Shown piece by piece: positions 7,249 through 16,892 of a stretch of 64,000 nt of DNA; within the stretch, counting starts at the first letter, position 1, and each line of letters opens with the position of its first letter. The notes under the pieces are model-generated. The model was not told the origin of the DNA. It was given only the letters and a program-made list of their open reading frames with translations, and did not search any database. Source of the DNA: a virus (Duplodnaviria > Heunggongvirae > Uroviricota > Caudoviricetes); the IMG/VR virus record IMGVR_UViG_3300013800_000001, positions 22,065 through 86,064 of that record. The stretch is one strand, 5' to 3'. A program made the position numbers and the translations under genes.

Positions 7249-7470
7249 TTACTCGTGTGGCGGTTCAATACCTTCCAGCATATACCTCACCATCTCTTCT
7301 GCTTGTGTGTACGTAAAGAGGTTAGTGCCAATAGGTTTATATTCACGCTTATACTCTCCCACTCCCTCGTGGAATTGCTTGAAGCTTATACCTCCATCTG
7401 GGTTAAAGTTCTCAGGTAGTCTCCATTGAAGGAACCGATTTACCATCTTTGCTATTTGCTCTTCATTCAT
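7249..7470 (-). CDS. Hypothetical protein (73 aa)
   Basis: ORF track. In the operon. Confidence 0.45.
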   Translation of the reverse strand: MNEEQIAKMVNRFLQWRLPENFNPDGGISFKQFHEGVGEYKREYKPIGTNLFTYTQAEEMVRYMLEGIEPPHE

Positions 7471-7474
7471 AGTT

Positions 7475-8179
7475 TTATATCAACATTAATGCCTTAATTA
7501 TAGCCTCCTTAAATTCCTTCATATTCCCAGAATCAGAATAGCTCACACCAAGTCCATCGGCTATTTGCCTCAAATTGGCAATCCCCTCGGGAGTGGTCGG
7601 AGCCTTCATTATCTTTCGCCTATTCTCATCATGATCCCCAATGTACAGACAATGCGCATCTCCAAGGCTTTTAGACATCTTTCGTGTCGGGTCCTTAATG
7701 CTCATAATCCTAGGAGTCTCCGTGAGGATAGTTTTTGCAACTTTTTTGATGCCTAGCCTTTTGCAAGTCCTGCGGTAGAACTCCATGTGCTGAATCTGGT
7801 CCTCACCAACGATGACAGCATCACAGTCAGAAAGGATGATATCAGCGGCCATGAGGCAGGGGTACGTAAAGAGTCCGACGTTCCCCTCCCCCTTATCCTT
7901 GAATTGGGTCATCCTTCTGAGGTCTGACATAGGAGTCACACATTGGATTTTAAACGCTAATACCGCTGCGTCTGGATTCTGCATGTAAGCCTTGCCGCCT
8001 AACTCCTCAAGTGTTTCAAGCACATTCACGACATTAATGACCGTATTGCTACCGGTTGTCTCAGCATGGTATTGGGCTACAAGCACCCTTGATTTCTTTT
8101 CTAGAGCCAACTTTAGGCCTCCTAAGTAGTTACCTAGGTGTATGCGTCCAGTCGGTTGTATGCCGTATAAGTATTTCAT
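7475..8179 (-). CDS. trpS-like: Truncated class-I aminoacyl-tRNA synthetase, tryptophanyl-tRNA synthetase-like catalytic core without the C-terminal anticodon-binding domain
   Basis: HIGH-type motif GIQPTGRIHLGNYLG. LRRMTQFKDK and LMAADIIL...VGEDQIQHMEF line up with E. coli TrpRS. KMSKS motif present. Only 234 aa against about 330. Confidence 0.8.
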   Translation of the reverse strand: MKYLYGIQPTGRIHLGNYLGGLKLALEKKSRVLVAQYHAETTGSNTVINVVNVLETLEELGGKAYMQNPDAAVLAFKIQCVTPMSDLRRMTQFKDKGEGNVGLFTYPCLMAADIILSDCDAVIVGEDQIQHMEFYRRTCKRLGIKKVAKTILTETPRIMSIKDPTRKMSKSLGDAHCLYIGDHDENRRKIMKAPTTPEGIANLRQIADGLGVSYSDSGNMKEFKEAIIKALMLI

Positions 8180-8207
8180 ATGGGTATAGTTTCTTTATCT
8201 ATGCCTA

Positions 8208-8237
8208 ATGTTACAGGAACATTTGGTATTTGTCAAG
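8208..8237 (-). promoter_or_regulatory. Variant copy of the conserved promoter (TTGACA-N17-TAACAT) driving the trpS-like operon
   Basis: Reverse complement is cTTGACAaataccaaatgttcctgTAACAT, 30 nt upstream of the trpS-like start. Confidence 0.55.
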
Positions 8238-8239
8238 AG

Positions 8240-9140
8240 GAAAGTCCTATTTTTTGCGAAAAAAATTTTGGCTTATCTGAAGCAAATAATTCAAAAAAAT
8301 GGGGGGTTAAATTTGTAGGGGTGTATGGACTTTCAAAAAATAGAAAATCTCCGTGTTGGTACCCTTCCACCACCCTATTTTCCAGACGGGACTCAGTACC
8401 GAATCACCCCCCATACCCCTATCAGCCTCGTAGTGTCCCCACTGTCCACGCTGTGTGCCCACCCACACTGTGTGCCTCTGCCTCTCACGCCCTGCCACCG
8501 TGCTCTCTACCACTTGATTGGTGTATATAACTATTAACCATACACAAGAGTATGTACATATACAGAGATGAGGCTACAGGTCTCTATCATTGCGATCATG
8601 TGTTCGTTACCGTACGTGGGCGTTGCTACCTGGTGGGGGTAGAGTACGTGGGCGTCACAAGGATGGAGGTCATACGTCAGGTAGTAGGCAATGCATGGTT
8701 CAAGAGAATGCGTCTCAACCTTGCTTACTCTATGACAGTGGATAGGTGAGTGGCTCTGTTGAGGGATTTACCACTTGAGTGGTGTTATGATTTAGGTCGA
8801 TTTAAAATCATGACGAGTGTTTGTGTGTTAGAGAAAAGTTAGAGTCGGTTGCTCTGATAACAGAGAATATCCGACAAAATGCTTGTAATAGGTATTACAG
8901 AGTGGCTAATAAACGCCAGCTGAATCAATCAACTACTTACGAAAGCAAAGACCATATCCACAGCAAACGTGATACATCTCACGAAATATATAATATACAC
9001 TGTGTGACTCGTCTGCTAGATAAGTAAAGACTCAGAGAGCATAAGCCACTGTCAAATGCCTACTACAAGCAAATCTCGCTTTATGCGGGTTAAGCGCTTG
9101 CACCGTAACAACTGCAATATCATCAATCTAAAATAATCCT
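8240..9140. other. About 0.9-kb non-coding region with atypical C/pyrimidine-rich, strand-biased composition and short repeats
   Basis: Repeats: CACGCTGTGTGCC / CACACTGTGTGCC, GTACGTGGGCGT x2, CCACTTGA(T/G)TGGTG x2. Only short, odd-composition ORFs. It lies between divergent transcription units. Confidence 0.45.
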
Positions 9141-9656
9141 ATGCCATTGCATAAAACATATATCCTCATAAAAGACCAACCTAGAATTGGTAAAGAGGCT
9201 GGAGATTACTATAACCATGAGTACTCCAATAGTATTGAAGACCTGCTAGCTCGAGGGATTATTGAAGAAGAAATTGATGAGTCTAAAGAAGTAAATAATT
9301 TTAAAGATAATATTATGTCACAAGAAACAATGCAAGAAGTAACTCCAGTATCACAAAACGACGGACTCAAGAACTTTATCATCGGTAAAGTATGGGCTCA
9401 GTCACAAGACGGTTCACGAGCTGGTTCTATCAAGATTAACCGTTCTCTACCAGCAAAGCTCGTCATCACACCAGGTATGACTCTTTTCCTCACAGCCAAC
9501 AAAAAGCGTGAAGGAAAGCAGGATGCAGATTATAGCGTATCAGTGCTCCTTCCAAAAGAGACTGCTGACCGTCTTATCGCAGCCCAAAACTTGGCAGAAG
9601 CAAACATCAAGAATGTAGAATTTGAGAACCAGAGCCAGGCTCATGGTCAAGAGTAA
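9141..9656 (+). CDS. Hypothetical protein (171 aa)
   Basis: ORF track. First gene of the plus-strand block. Confidence 0.5.
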   Translation: MPLHKTYILIKDQPRIGKEAGDYYNHEYSNSIEDLLARGIIEEEIDESKEVNNFKDNIMSQETMQEVTPVSQNDGLKNFIIGKVWAQSQDGSRAGSIKINRSLPAKLVITPGMTLFLTANKKREGKQDADYSVSVLLPKETADRLIAAQNLAEANIKNVEFENQSQAHGQE

Positions 9657-9756
9657 TACATAACACTCAACATGGGGATTAAAACCTCATGTAGGTGGCA
9701 AATTCGCACTCTAGTAGTGCTTGAGCGTTCTATGGGCATCGTATAAGAGCCCTAAC

Positions 9757-9801
9757 TAAAGCTGTTTTAAGAATTCACCCTCTTTTAACAGCTTTTTTTA
9801 T
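9757..9801 (+). terminator. Rho-independent terminator
   Basis: AAGCTGTT ... AACAGCTT hairpin followed by TTTTTTATT. Confidence 0.5.
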
Positions 9802-9835
9802 TGTCCACAAATTAACAAAAATACGTTTCAAACAT

Positions 9836-10084
9836 ATGAAACTCAAATATATCATGACAGACCAGCGTTACTTCATCATGTTCCCAATCACTCTCAATCA
9901 CGATGAAGTAGCTGCTGCTAATCGTCGTTTGCTCCCAGGAGAAGTCAGAAGTGCTGGATTCGTCAACTTTCGCATGAATGATGATGAAATACTAGAAGCT
10001 GTGCCTTTTGGAAAAAGCATTTCACTCAAGATGGAAGCCCATCCTGATGATGAAGGAATAATCAACAGAGCCATGAATCTCTAA
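9836..10084 (+). CDS. Hypothetical protein (82 aa)
   Basis: ORF track. Confidence 0.5.
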   Translation: MKLKYIMTDQRYFIMFPITLNHDEVAAANRRLLPGEVRSAGFVNFRMNDDEILEAVPFGKSISLKMEAHPDDEGIINRAMNL

Positions 10085-10088
10085 TCAT

Positions 10089-10334
10089 ATGACATACGCA
10101 AAAGCCAAAGAAATGGCCTCAAATGCAGGATACAAACAACCAAAAGAAGTAGCTGAAGCATATGACCATTCTGAGTTCTGGAGATACTTCAGCAAAGCAA
10201 TGAAATGGCCAGAATATCTCCCAGGAACAGATATACCCACATGGTACGTCAAATACCTATCACATAAAGGCCACATACTCACCGGCAACTCTCCTGAAAG
10301 CTGGTTCAAATGGGTAGGATTAACTCAAAACTAA
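10089..10334 (+). CDS. Hypothetical protein (81 aa)
   Basis: ORF track. Confidence 0.5.
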   Translation: MTYAKAKEMASNAGYKQPKEVAEAYDHSEFWRYFSKAMKWPEYLPGTDIPTWYVKYLSHKGHILTGNSPESWFKWVGLTQN

Positions 10335-10345
10335 AATAATAAACT

Positions 10346-11038
10346 ATGGGACTACGATTCGACCACGGGAAGGTAATAATCATTAACATCACAACAAGAT
10401 ATCAATATGAATATCACTGCAAAGAATTAGAAAAACTAGGATACAGATGGCGTAGCAAAGAAAAAATGACAGAAAAGCCACTCTGCGAAGTCAGCCTTCC
10501 AATGGCTTTCTACATAGAAGCAAACAAAGAAGTTGGCTATGGAAGCAGACAATTAACAGAAAATTCTCTATTCAAGCCATTTACGATAGCTCAATTAAAA
10601 AACACTTATCATTCAACAAATAATATTATGCCTCCAAAAACAACACCAAAAGCTTCTGATATCAAAGTAGGAGCCACATTTATCAATCAATATGGACATC
10701 AGGTCACTGTTACAGAGATTTATTACACCCATAAAGAAGTAAGTGGATTCAAATTCAATGACGGTGAAACAGCTGGCCCAGGATGGACATTTAGAAACAT
10801 GAAATTCATCAAAAACCCAGGTCCTACACCAAAAGCACCCAAAGCAAACTTCCTCCTCAAATATGACCTTGATGAAGATCCTATCGAAGAATACGAGACA
10901 ATGAAGCAAGTTGATGACCGCATCAAATATCTTGTAGAAAACGTTCAAGAACTCAAAAAAGAATCAATTGTTATCTATGAAATAAAGAAAAAGCATAGAG
11001 TGACCATCTCTACCCGTATCACCAAAAGAAACGCTTAA
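10346..11038 (+). CDS. Hypothetical protein (230 aa)
   Basis: ORF track. The antisense ORFs inside it are rejected. Confidence 0.55.
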   Translation: MGLRFDHGKVIIINITTRYQYEYHCKELEKLGYRWRSKEKMTEKPLCEVSLPMAFYIEANKEVGYGSRQLTENSLFKPFTIAQLKNTYHSTNNIMPPKTTPKASDIKVGATFINQYGHQVTVTEIYYTHKEVSGFKFNDGETAGPGWTFRNMKFIKNPGPTPKAPKANFLLKYDLDEDPIEEYETMKQVDDRIKYLVENVQELKKESIVIYEIKKKHRVTISTRITKRNA

Positions 11039-11071
11039 ATCAAACAAATAATTAATATAATATATAAATTT

Positions 11072-11545
11072 ATGTCAAAAGCTTACAAAAACCTCACAAA
11101 GCTCCAAGTAGAAACAGCTGAACAAGTGCTTCGAGAAGCTCTCCGAAAAAGAACCAAAGAAATCGCAGACAAAAAAGAAGCAGAAGCTCGAAAGAAGCAC
11201 GAAGCGGCAATGAAGGCAATCATCACAAAAGTAAAGAAATTTACTGATGAAATCATGAAAGATAAGAAGAAAATCGAAAAAGATCCAAACTTCTACCTAA
11301 TACTCGGATCAAATGAATACAGCGATCCAATTCGTGACCTAGACCCAACAAGAGGAGCGCTCACATCAGAAAAACTACTTAATGTCAGAAAGAAAGACGG
11401 ACATCACTACAATGAGTCTGTTTTCACTCCAGACACAACCAAAGAAGAAGAAGTCATCAGAAACTTCATTCTTGAGCTCAAATTGGGTACAGCAGTCATG
11501 GAAGATATCAAGCAAATCATGAAAGTAATCGAATCAATCAAGTAA
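11072..11545 (+). CDS. Hypothetical Lys/Glu-rich coiled-coil protein (157 aa)
   Basis: ORF track. Confidence 0.55.
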   Translation: MSKAYKNLTKLQVETAEQVLREALRKRTKEIADKKEAEARKKHEAAMKAIITKVKKFTDEIMKDKKKIEKDPNFYLILGSNEYSDPIRDLDPTRGALTSEKLLNVRKKDGHHYNESVFTPDTTKEEEVIRNFILELKLGTAVMEDIKQIMKVIESIK

Positions 11546-11555
11546 TTATCCTTTA

Positions 11556-11590
11556 ACAGAGGGCTAGACTAACCTCTAGCCCTCTTAAAT
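11556..11590 (+). terminator. Stem-loop, possible weak terminator
   Basis: GAGGGCTAG-actaacct-CTAGCCCTC hairpin. The downstream tract is AT-rich rather than a clean T-run. Confidence 0.3.
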
Positions 11591-11598
11591 ATAAATAT

Positions 11599-11880
11599 AT
11601 GTTCACAATATTACTCACAGGATTAATCCTCCCTATCATAGTAGGAATAATCATCGGACTAACAATCATAGAAATAATAAAATTTGTTTTCAACAGAAAA
11701 AGTGAAGAAAACTCTTATTTCATAGAAATACAAACAGAAGACAAAAAATACAAAAACTGGATATCAATACACAGAACAACTGCATATGAAGCTATAGAAG
11801 CAGCCGAGAAGAAAGTAAGAGAAAAAACATACAACGAAGGAAACGGCCGATGGTTTATCAGTAAAATAACAAAACTATAA
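11599..11880 (+). CDS. Small membrane protein (N-terminal TM helix)
   Basis: ORF track. Hydrophobic N-terminus ILPIIVGIIIGLTIIEII. Confidence 0.5.
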   Translation: MFTILLTGLILPIIVGIIIGLTIIEIIKFVFNRKSEENSYFIEIQTEDKKYKNWISIHRTTAYEAIEAAEKKVREKTYNEGNGRWFISKITKL

Positions 11881-12123
11881 ATAAATATATGAAATGGCTA
11901 CAAAACTACCTTTGCTACTGGGATCTAAGACATAGACTCACAAAAATAGGCTTAGGAAAAGGTTATATATGTTTCCATTGCTACAAAAAGTTCCCTTACA
12001 AACATTAATCTAAAACTATGTTAATCGAAATAGGACCAAATCTATCAGTAGCACTACAAGGATTCGCTTTTGCTTTAGGATTCGTAGGATTCTGGTGGGC
12101 AATAACTCGCAATTAATAAATAT

Positions 12124-12651
12124 ATGTCAACACGATGCCAATTAGGAATATATCCTAAACAAGGAACACCTATCAAAGATTTTGAAACACTCATTTACAG
12201 ACACTCAGATGGTTATCCATCAGGAGTTTTGCCAGATATTATGCCATTTCTCGTTCACTTCAAAACAAACAGAGGACTTGATGACATTGAATACGCCACA
12301 GCCAGATTAATCCAATACATGACCAATCAAAGCGATGAATCACACCGAGAATGGCAAAAACAATGGATGAAAGAAAATCCTCAAGAAATAAAGAAAAACT
12401 ACGAGAAAGCATTAGAAATGAAAAAAACACAAAAGTTCGGAAATGTCACAGGATTTGGAATATCTAATGCATTACATGGAGATATTGAATATTTCTACTA
12501 TATAAGCCAAGAGACAGTTATCGTATACACAATGGATATATGGCATGGAATAAATAACCCAGCATCAAACATAAATCAAATTGGAACAATACCAATCACG
12601 CTTGACTGGGAAACAGATCCAACATACCTAAAATTAATTCAAAATCATTAA
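12124..12651 (+). CDS. Hypothetical protein (175 aa)
   Basis: ORF track. Confidence 0.55.
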   Translation: MSTRCQLGIYPKQGTPIKDFETLIYRHSDGYPSGVLPDIMPFLVHFKTNRGLDDIEYATARLIQYMTNQSDESHREWQKQWMKENPQEIKKNYEKALEMKKTQKFGNVTGFGISNALHGDIEYFYYISQETVIVYTMDIWHGINNPASNINQIGTIPITLDWETDPTYLKLIQNH

Positions 12652-12656
12652 AATAT

Positions 12657-13028
12657 ATGAAAAATAAGAATGGAGTTCACTACATCTCAAAAAATATCTG
12701 CAAGAAAATAGTCAGAAAACTAGGAAAAAACAGCCCAGATACGACATTTATATTCAATTTATCCAACAATGCAAAAGCAAAAATCGTATATTGCGGAGAT
12801 GTTTCAAATCCAGTATCAGTCTTCAATGAAGCATTTATCCCAGCATATACAGTCAATGACCTACTCATGCCAGACGGAATTTTTGCTCGCTTAATGGACA
12901 AAAAGCTAGAAGATCCAGAAGTTAAGTTCGTCGAAAAGACGTCTACACTCTGCAACATCTTCACCACACTCTGGCACGAAGCCTCATGGAAAGAAGCTGA
13001 AGCCTACCTTAATTCTCTAGTCTCATAA
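12657..13028 (+). CDS. Hypothetical protein (123 aa)
   Basis: ORF track. Confidence 0.5.
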   Translation: MKNKNGVHYISKNICKKIVRKLGKNSPDTTFIFNLSNNAKAKIVYCGDVSNPVSVFNEAFIPAYTVNDLLMPDGIFARLMDKKLEDPEVKFVEKTSTLCNIFTTLWHEASWKEAEAYLNSLVS

Positions 13029-13036
13029 ACATATAT

Positions 13037-13282
13037 ATGAAAGCAATAGTAACAGCAAAATTTGAATTTGATGTAACAGACTGGTACGAAGATGAAAAAC
13101 TAACACTAAAACAAAAAGAAAAACAACTAAAAGAAGATTTATCAGACTTTTCAGTATTCATGCCATTAGCTGAATACAACACACTAAAAGATGTAAATGT
13201 AGATGTAATCCATAAAGTAAAATGTATATGCATAGATAATAAACTAGACAGAAAATGCATAGCTAAAATACATAACTGGTAA
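13037..13282 (+). CDS. Hypothetical protein (81 aa)
   Basis: ORF track. Confidence 0.5.
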   Translation: MKAIVTAKFEFDVTDWYEDEKLTLKQKEKQLKEDLSDFSVFMPLAEYNTLKDVNVDVIHKVKCICIDNKLDRKCIAKIHNW

Positions 13283-13286
13283 TTCT

Positions 13287-13721
13287 ATGAACCAAACAGA
13301 AATCAACAAAAAAACTGAAGATGAAGTAATTAGCCTAAATCTCGCTCAGGAGCTTAAAACACTCGGAGTGACACAAATATCCTACTTTGGATGGATAAAG
13401 ACGTCAGAGGGCAAAATAATGCTCGTAGACGTACGCTACGCAACACCAAAGAATAGCCAAGAGGAATTACTTTGTGCTGCTTACACCAACAAAGACATTG
13501 ATGTATTCCTATCAAAATATCAAGACCAAAGAGAAACATACTACGAAGAAACAGAAATATTCTCAGGATATGAACAAGAAAATGGTTTCTTTTGTGGCAT
13601 GTACAGCCATGGAATTGATAGATTCGCCACAATGGAATACGCAGACAAACCAGGTGATGCTAAAGCTAAAATGCTCATCGAATTAATCAAAAAAGGCCAT
13701 ATTAAAGTAAAAGAACTATAA
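13287..13721 (+). CDS. Hypothetical protein (144 aa)
   Basis: ORF track. Confidence 0.55.
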   Translation: MNQTEINKKTEDEVISLNLAQELKTLGVTQISYFGWIKTSEGKIMLVDVRYATPKNSQEELLCAAYTNKDIDVFLSKYQDQRETYYEETEIFSGYEQENGFFCGMYSHGIDRFATMEYADKPGDAKAKMLIELIKKGHIKVKEL

Positions 13722-13725
13722 AATT

Positions 13726-14142
13726 ATGGAAGAAACAACAAAAAGCCCTGAAAATGAGGCAAAAGAATCAGCACAAACAATAAAAGATGCAGCAAAAATA
13801 CTTAAAGAAGCTGCTGACATAGCAGAAAAGATAAGAAAGGAAATAAATGAAGGAAAAAAAGAAACATTGAAGCTAATTGAAGAAGAAGCCCCTAAATTCG
13901 CTAGATTCATCATTGTCAAAGAAAATCTATTCCAATCAATTATTGCAGATATCCTTACATTCGGAGCTCTTATCGGTGTAATCGCTATCAACTACCAATA
14001 CTTCGAAAACAGCACATTCGGAGCATGGATGTTAGGAATAATGTTCTTTATCATGATTTCAGCAAAAGCTAAGCAAAGAAGCAAAGAAATTATAGGTAAA
14101 GAAAATCTCATTAAATACCTTGAACACCTAAAAAATCACTAA
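13726..14142 (+). CDS. Hypothetical protein with a C-terminal TM segment (138 aa)
   Basis: ORF track. Confidence 0.55.
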   Translation: MEETTKSPENEAKESAQTIKDAAKILKEAADIAEKIRKEINEGKKETLKLIEEEAPKFARFIIVKENLFQSIIADILTFGALIGVIAINYQYFENSTFGAWMLGIMFFIMISAKAKQRSKEIIGKENLIKYLEHLKNH

Positions 14143-14148
14143 AAACAT

Positions 14149-14586
14149 ATGCTTAGATTCAAAATAGGAGACGAAGTAATAGCAAACCATACCGCAACAG
14201 AAGAATACGAATACACAATAACAAAACCAGGATGGAAAGGAAAAGTAATAGACGTAGCAGTAGATGGAGACCCAGACATGATACAGGTTGAAGGAAAAAA
14301 TGATCGTGGAGAAATTGACGATTATCCAGTAAACCAAAACGCATTCGATTTAATTCACTCAACAACAGGAAATATGCCAGAAACACCACAAATCAGCGAC
14401 ATCGCAAAACAACTCAAAAGAAAAGGTCCAAAAAAACCATTCAAAATAACCTTTAAGTTCAATCTAGATGCAGAAGGTGTAGATGAAGAACATGCCTCAG
14501 AAGAAGCCTACAAAAACCTAGAAAGAGCTTTCCCAGGAATAAACACAGATAGATTCACAATAACTGACATACTAGAAGTAATCTAA
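14149..14586 (+). CDS. Hypothetical protein (145 aa)
   Basis: ORF track. Confidence 0.55.
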   Translation: MLRFKIGDEVIANHTATEEYEYTITKPGWKGKVIDVAVDGDPDMIQVEGKNDRGEIDDYPVNQNAFDLIHSTTGNMPETPQISDIAKQLKRKGPKKPFKITFKFNLDAEGVDEEHASEEAYKNLERAFPGINTDRFTITDILEVI

Positions 14587-14594
14587 AAAAACTT

Positions 14595-14954
14595 ATGGAA
14601 GCACAAAACATTAATCCAATAGCTGAAGCACTAAAAAAGAAAGAAGAAGAAAAACTAACAGCAAAAACAGGATTAGGAACTCAACAAATAAATCAAATAC
14701 TCTCAGCATCACAACCATTCACCCCAAACTTTGGAATGGTCAATGGAACATCAGTAAAACTAAATATTGAATTCGTAGCCAAGCAAATCAAAACCCTAAG
14801 AAACAATGCTGGAATGACACAAAGATCATTAGCAAAAATAGCTCATGTTTCACAAGGAACAATTGCTAGAGCCGAAAAAGGAAATGCAGAAGTATCATTC
14901 TACACATTCTGCAAAATAGCCACAGCATTAGGAAAGATAATTACATTAACATAA
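14595..14954 (+). CDS. XRE/Cro-type helix-turn-helix transcriptional regulator
   Basis: Segment LRNNAGMTQRSLAKIAHVSQGTIARAEKG matches the XRE HTH pattern. Confidence 0.6.
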   Translation: MEAQNINPIAEALKKKEEEKLTAKTGLGTQQINQILSASQPFTPNFGMVNGTSVKLNIEFVAKQIKTLRNNAGMTQRSLAKIAHVSQGTIARAEKGNAEVSFYTFCKIATALGKIITLT

Positions 14955-14959
14955 ATATT

Positions 14960-15382
14960 ATGAGCGTAAGAGGACTCGCAATGGGACAAGAAGGAACTGA
15001 AAAGCGAAAGCCTACAACACCTTCTTACTACCCAAAGTACACACCACCAGCGTATACACCAAAAACGGGAGGATGGGGAGGACAATTACTACCAGAAGTA
15101 GAAGAAACAAACTACTACACACCTAGTAAATATGCCTCAACAGACACAAAACAGATTGACATTCTCATCAGAATACCAATGAAAGATATGATTTCTGTAA
15201 CAGATTTCTACGATCCTAAATATGACTACCAAGCAGCTTCATTAGAAGCAGAAGAAATAGCTTACGACAAGCTAGTAGAACTATTAGGAAAAGAGTTTGA
15301 ATCAAAATACACCAGTACATTCGACACCATGGAAGGAGTAACCTTCTATGAAGTAACAGCATTTCTAGTACCAGTTAAATAA
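14960..15382 (+). CDS. Hypothetical protein (140 aa)
   Basis: ORF track. Confidence 0.55.
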   Translation: MSVRGLAMGQEGTEKRKPTTPSYYPKYTPPAYTPKTGGWGGQLLPEVEETNYYTPSKYASTDTKQIDILIRIPMKDMISVTDFYDPKYDYQAASLEAEEIAYDKLVELLGKEFESKYTSTFDTMEGVTFYEVTAFLVPVK

Positions 15383-15395
15383 ACAAAATAAACAT

Positions 15396-15566
15396 ATGAA
15401 TCAAGAGCAAAAAGATAGGAAAGAAATGGATAGAGACCCTCTAGAACGCTTAAATAAAGCAAGAACAAAGAGACTCGAAAAAGCATACTTTCAAAAGCTC
15501 AAAGATGAAGAACTATTCGAAGAAGATAGAGAGATATTAGACGAGCTAGGAATTAACCATTATTAA
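15396..15566 (+). CDS. Small hypothetical protein (56 aa), below the track cutoff
   Basis: Hand translation MNQEQKDRKEMDRDPLERLNK...GINHY. It fills the gap before the ATPase gene. Confidence 0.35.
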   Translation: MNQEQKDRKEMDRDPLERLNKARTKRLEKAYFQKLKDEELFEEDREILDELGINHY

Positions 15567-15581
15567 ATCAAAATATATATT

Positions 15582-16880
15582 ATGCCAAAAACAACAACAA
15601 CCAAAGAAGAAGCAGCAAAAGAAGTAGAATACAATGGAATCAAAGTAGAAAAAGGTGACGGACTAAGCCAATTTATCCCAAAATCAGCAAAAAAATACAT
15701 CGACCACGGTAATATTCTAAAAACTCTAGCAATCGGTATTCGTGATGATATGGCAGTGCTACTCATCGGAGAATCAGGAACAGGAAAAACATCAGCTATT
15801 CGTCACATGGCTCAAGAAACCAACAACGGACTCCGTCGTATCAACCTCAACGGTGGCACAACAGCTGATGAACTCGTAGGACGAATGCTTATCAATGATC
15901 AAGGAACATACTGGGTTGATGGAGTACTCACAGAAGCCATGCGATCAGGAGATTGGATTGTTTTTGATGAAATTAACGCAGCACTCCCAGAAGTTCTCTT
16001 TGTGCTTCAATCAGTCATGGATGATGACGGATATCTAGTTCTCACAGAAAAAGATGATAAAGAAATTGTCCACAAACACAAAAACTTCCGCATCTTTGCT
16101 ACCTGTAACCCACCAGAATATGCCGGTACAAAGGAAATGAACAAAGCATTGCTCTCTCGCTTCGGTATCTGTATCAATGCAGAATTCCCTAAGAAAGAAG
16201 TAGAGCTAGAAATCATTGAGCATCACCTAGGAAAATCAGTAGCCGAATCAGAAATGGCTATCAAACTCGTAGATATGGCTAACGAAACACGTACTCAGAA
16301 GCAAAATGGAAAAGCTGAATACGAAATCAACACACGAGATATCTTGAACATCCTAAAGCTCGCACAAACAATGGAACCAATCCAGGCGGTACAAATGGGA
16401 TTTAGCAACAAATTAGAGCCTACAGACTCAAAAGCATTCCAAACATATGCAACTCTTCATGTACCAAGTTCAAGACAGAAAGCAAAAGCTACACGAACAG
16501 CTATGACAGACACAAATGCTTTTGAAATTGGAAAGAAATATATCTTAGATGCTGATATGCAAAAATGCTACTTTGGCCTAGAAAAGTATACAATCTCTGA
16601 ATTTGACGCCCTAAAAAAGAAAGGACTACTAGAAATTGTTACAGAAAAAGACCAAGACAACGGAATCAAAGGAGATGAGTTCAAAGTAACAGCAACATTC
16701 TACGAGAATGAAGTCCAAGCATCAGAAAAAGACCTAGATATGACACAAGCTGGACAGAAAACAGGAAGTGCAATCACCATCACAGCTGGTGCAAACAAAG
16801 GAAAGAAAGCCATCATAATCCATAACCAAGGCATTCAGGATGCAACAGAACTCCTAGCAACAATCTTCCAAATCAGCTAA
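15582..16880 (+). CDS. MoxR/CbbQ-like AAA_5 (dynein-related) ATPase
   Basis: Walker A LLIGESGTGKTS. Walker B WIVFDEINAA. The CNPPE...LLSRF arrangement is typical of the AAA_5 MoxR subfamily. Confidence 0.8.
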   Translation: MPKTTTTKEEAAKEVEYNGIKVEKGDGLSQFIPKSAKKYIDHGNILKTLAIGIRDDMAVLLIGESGTGKTSAIRHMAQETNNGLRRINLNGGTTADELVGRMLINDQGTYWVDGVLTEAMRSGDWIVFDEINAALPEVLFVLQSVMDDDGYLVLTEKDDKEIVHKHKNFRIFATCNPPEYAGTKEMNKALLSRFGICINAEFPKKEVELEIIEHHLGKSVAESEMAIKLVDMANETRTQKQNGKAEYEINTRDILNILKLAQTMEPIQAVQMGFSNKLEPTDSKAFQTYATLHVPSSRQKAKATRTAMTDTNAFEIGKKYILDADMQKCYFGLEKYTISEFDALKKKGLLEIVTEKDQDNGIKGDEFKVTATFYENEVQASEKDLDMTQAGQKTGSAITITAGANKGKKAIIIHNQGIQDATELLATIFQIS

Positions 16881-16892
16881 CAAAAACTCATT

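Noticed and set aside
8180-8749. Four ORFs of 65-116 aa (8180-8530, 8307-8513, 8325-8537, 8552-8749)
   Set aside because: They are mutually overlapping, Pro/Cys/His-rich products of a compositionally odd region. I treat the region as non-coding and flag it as a finding instead.
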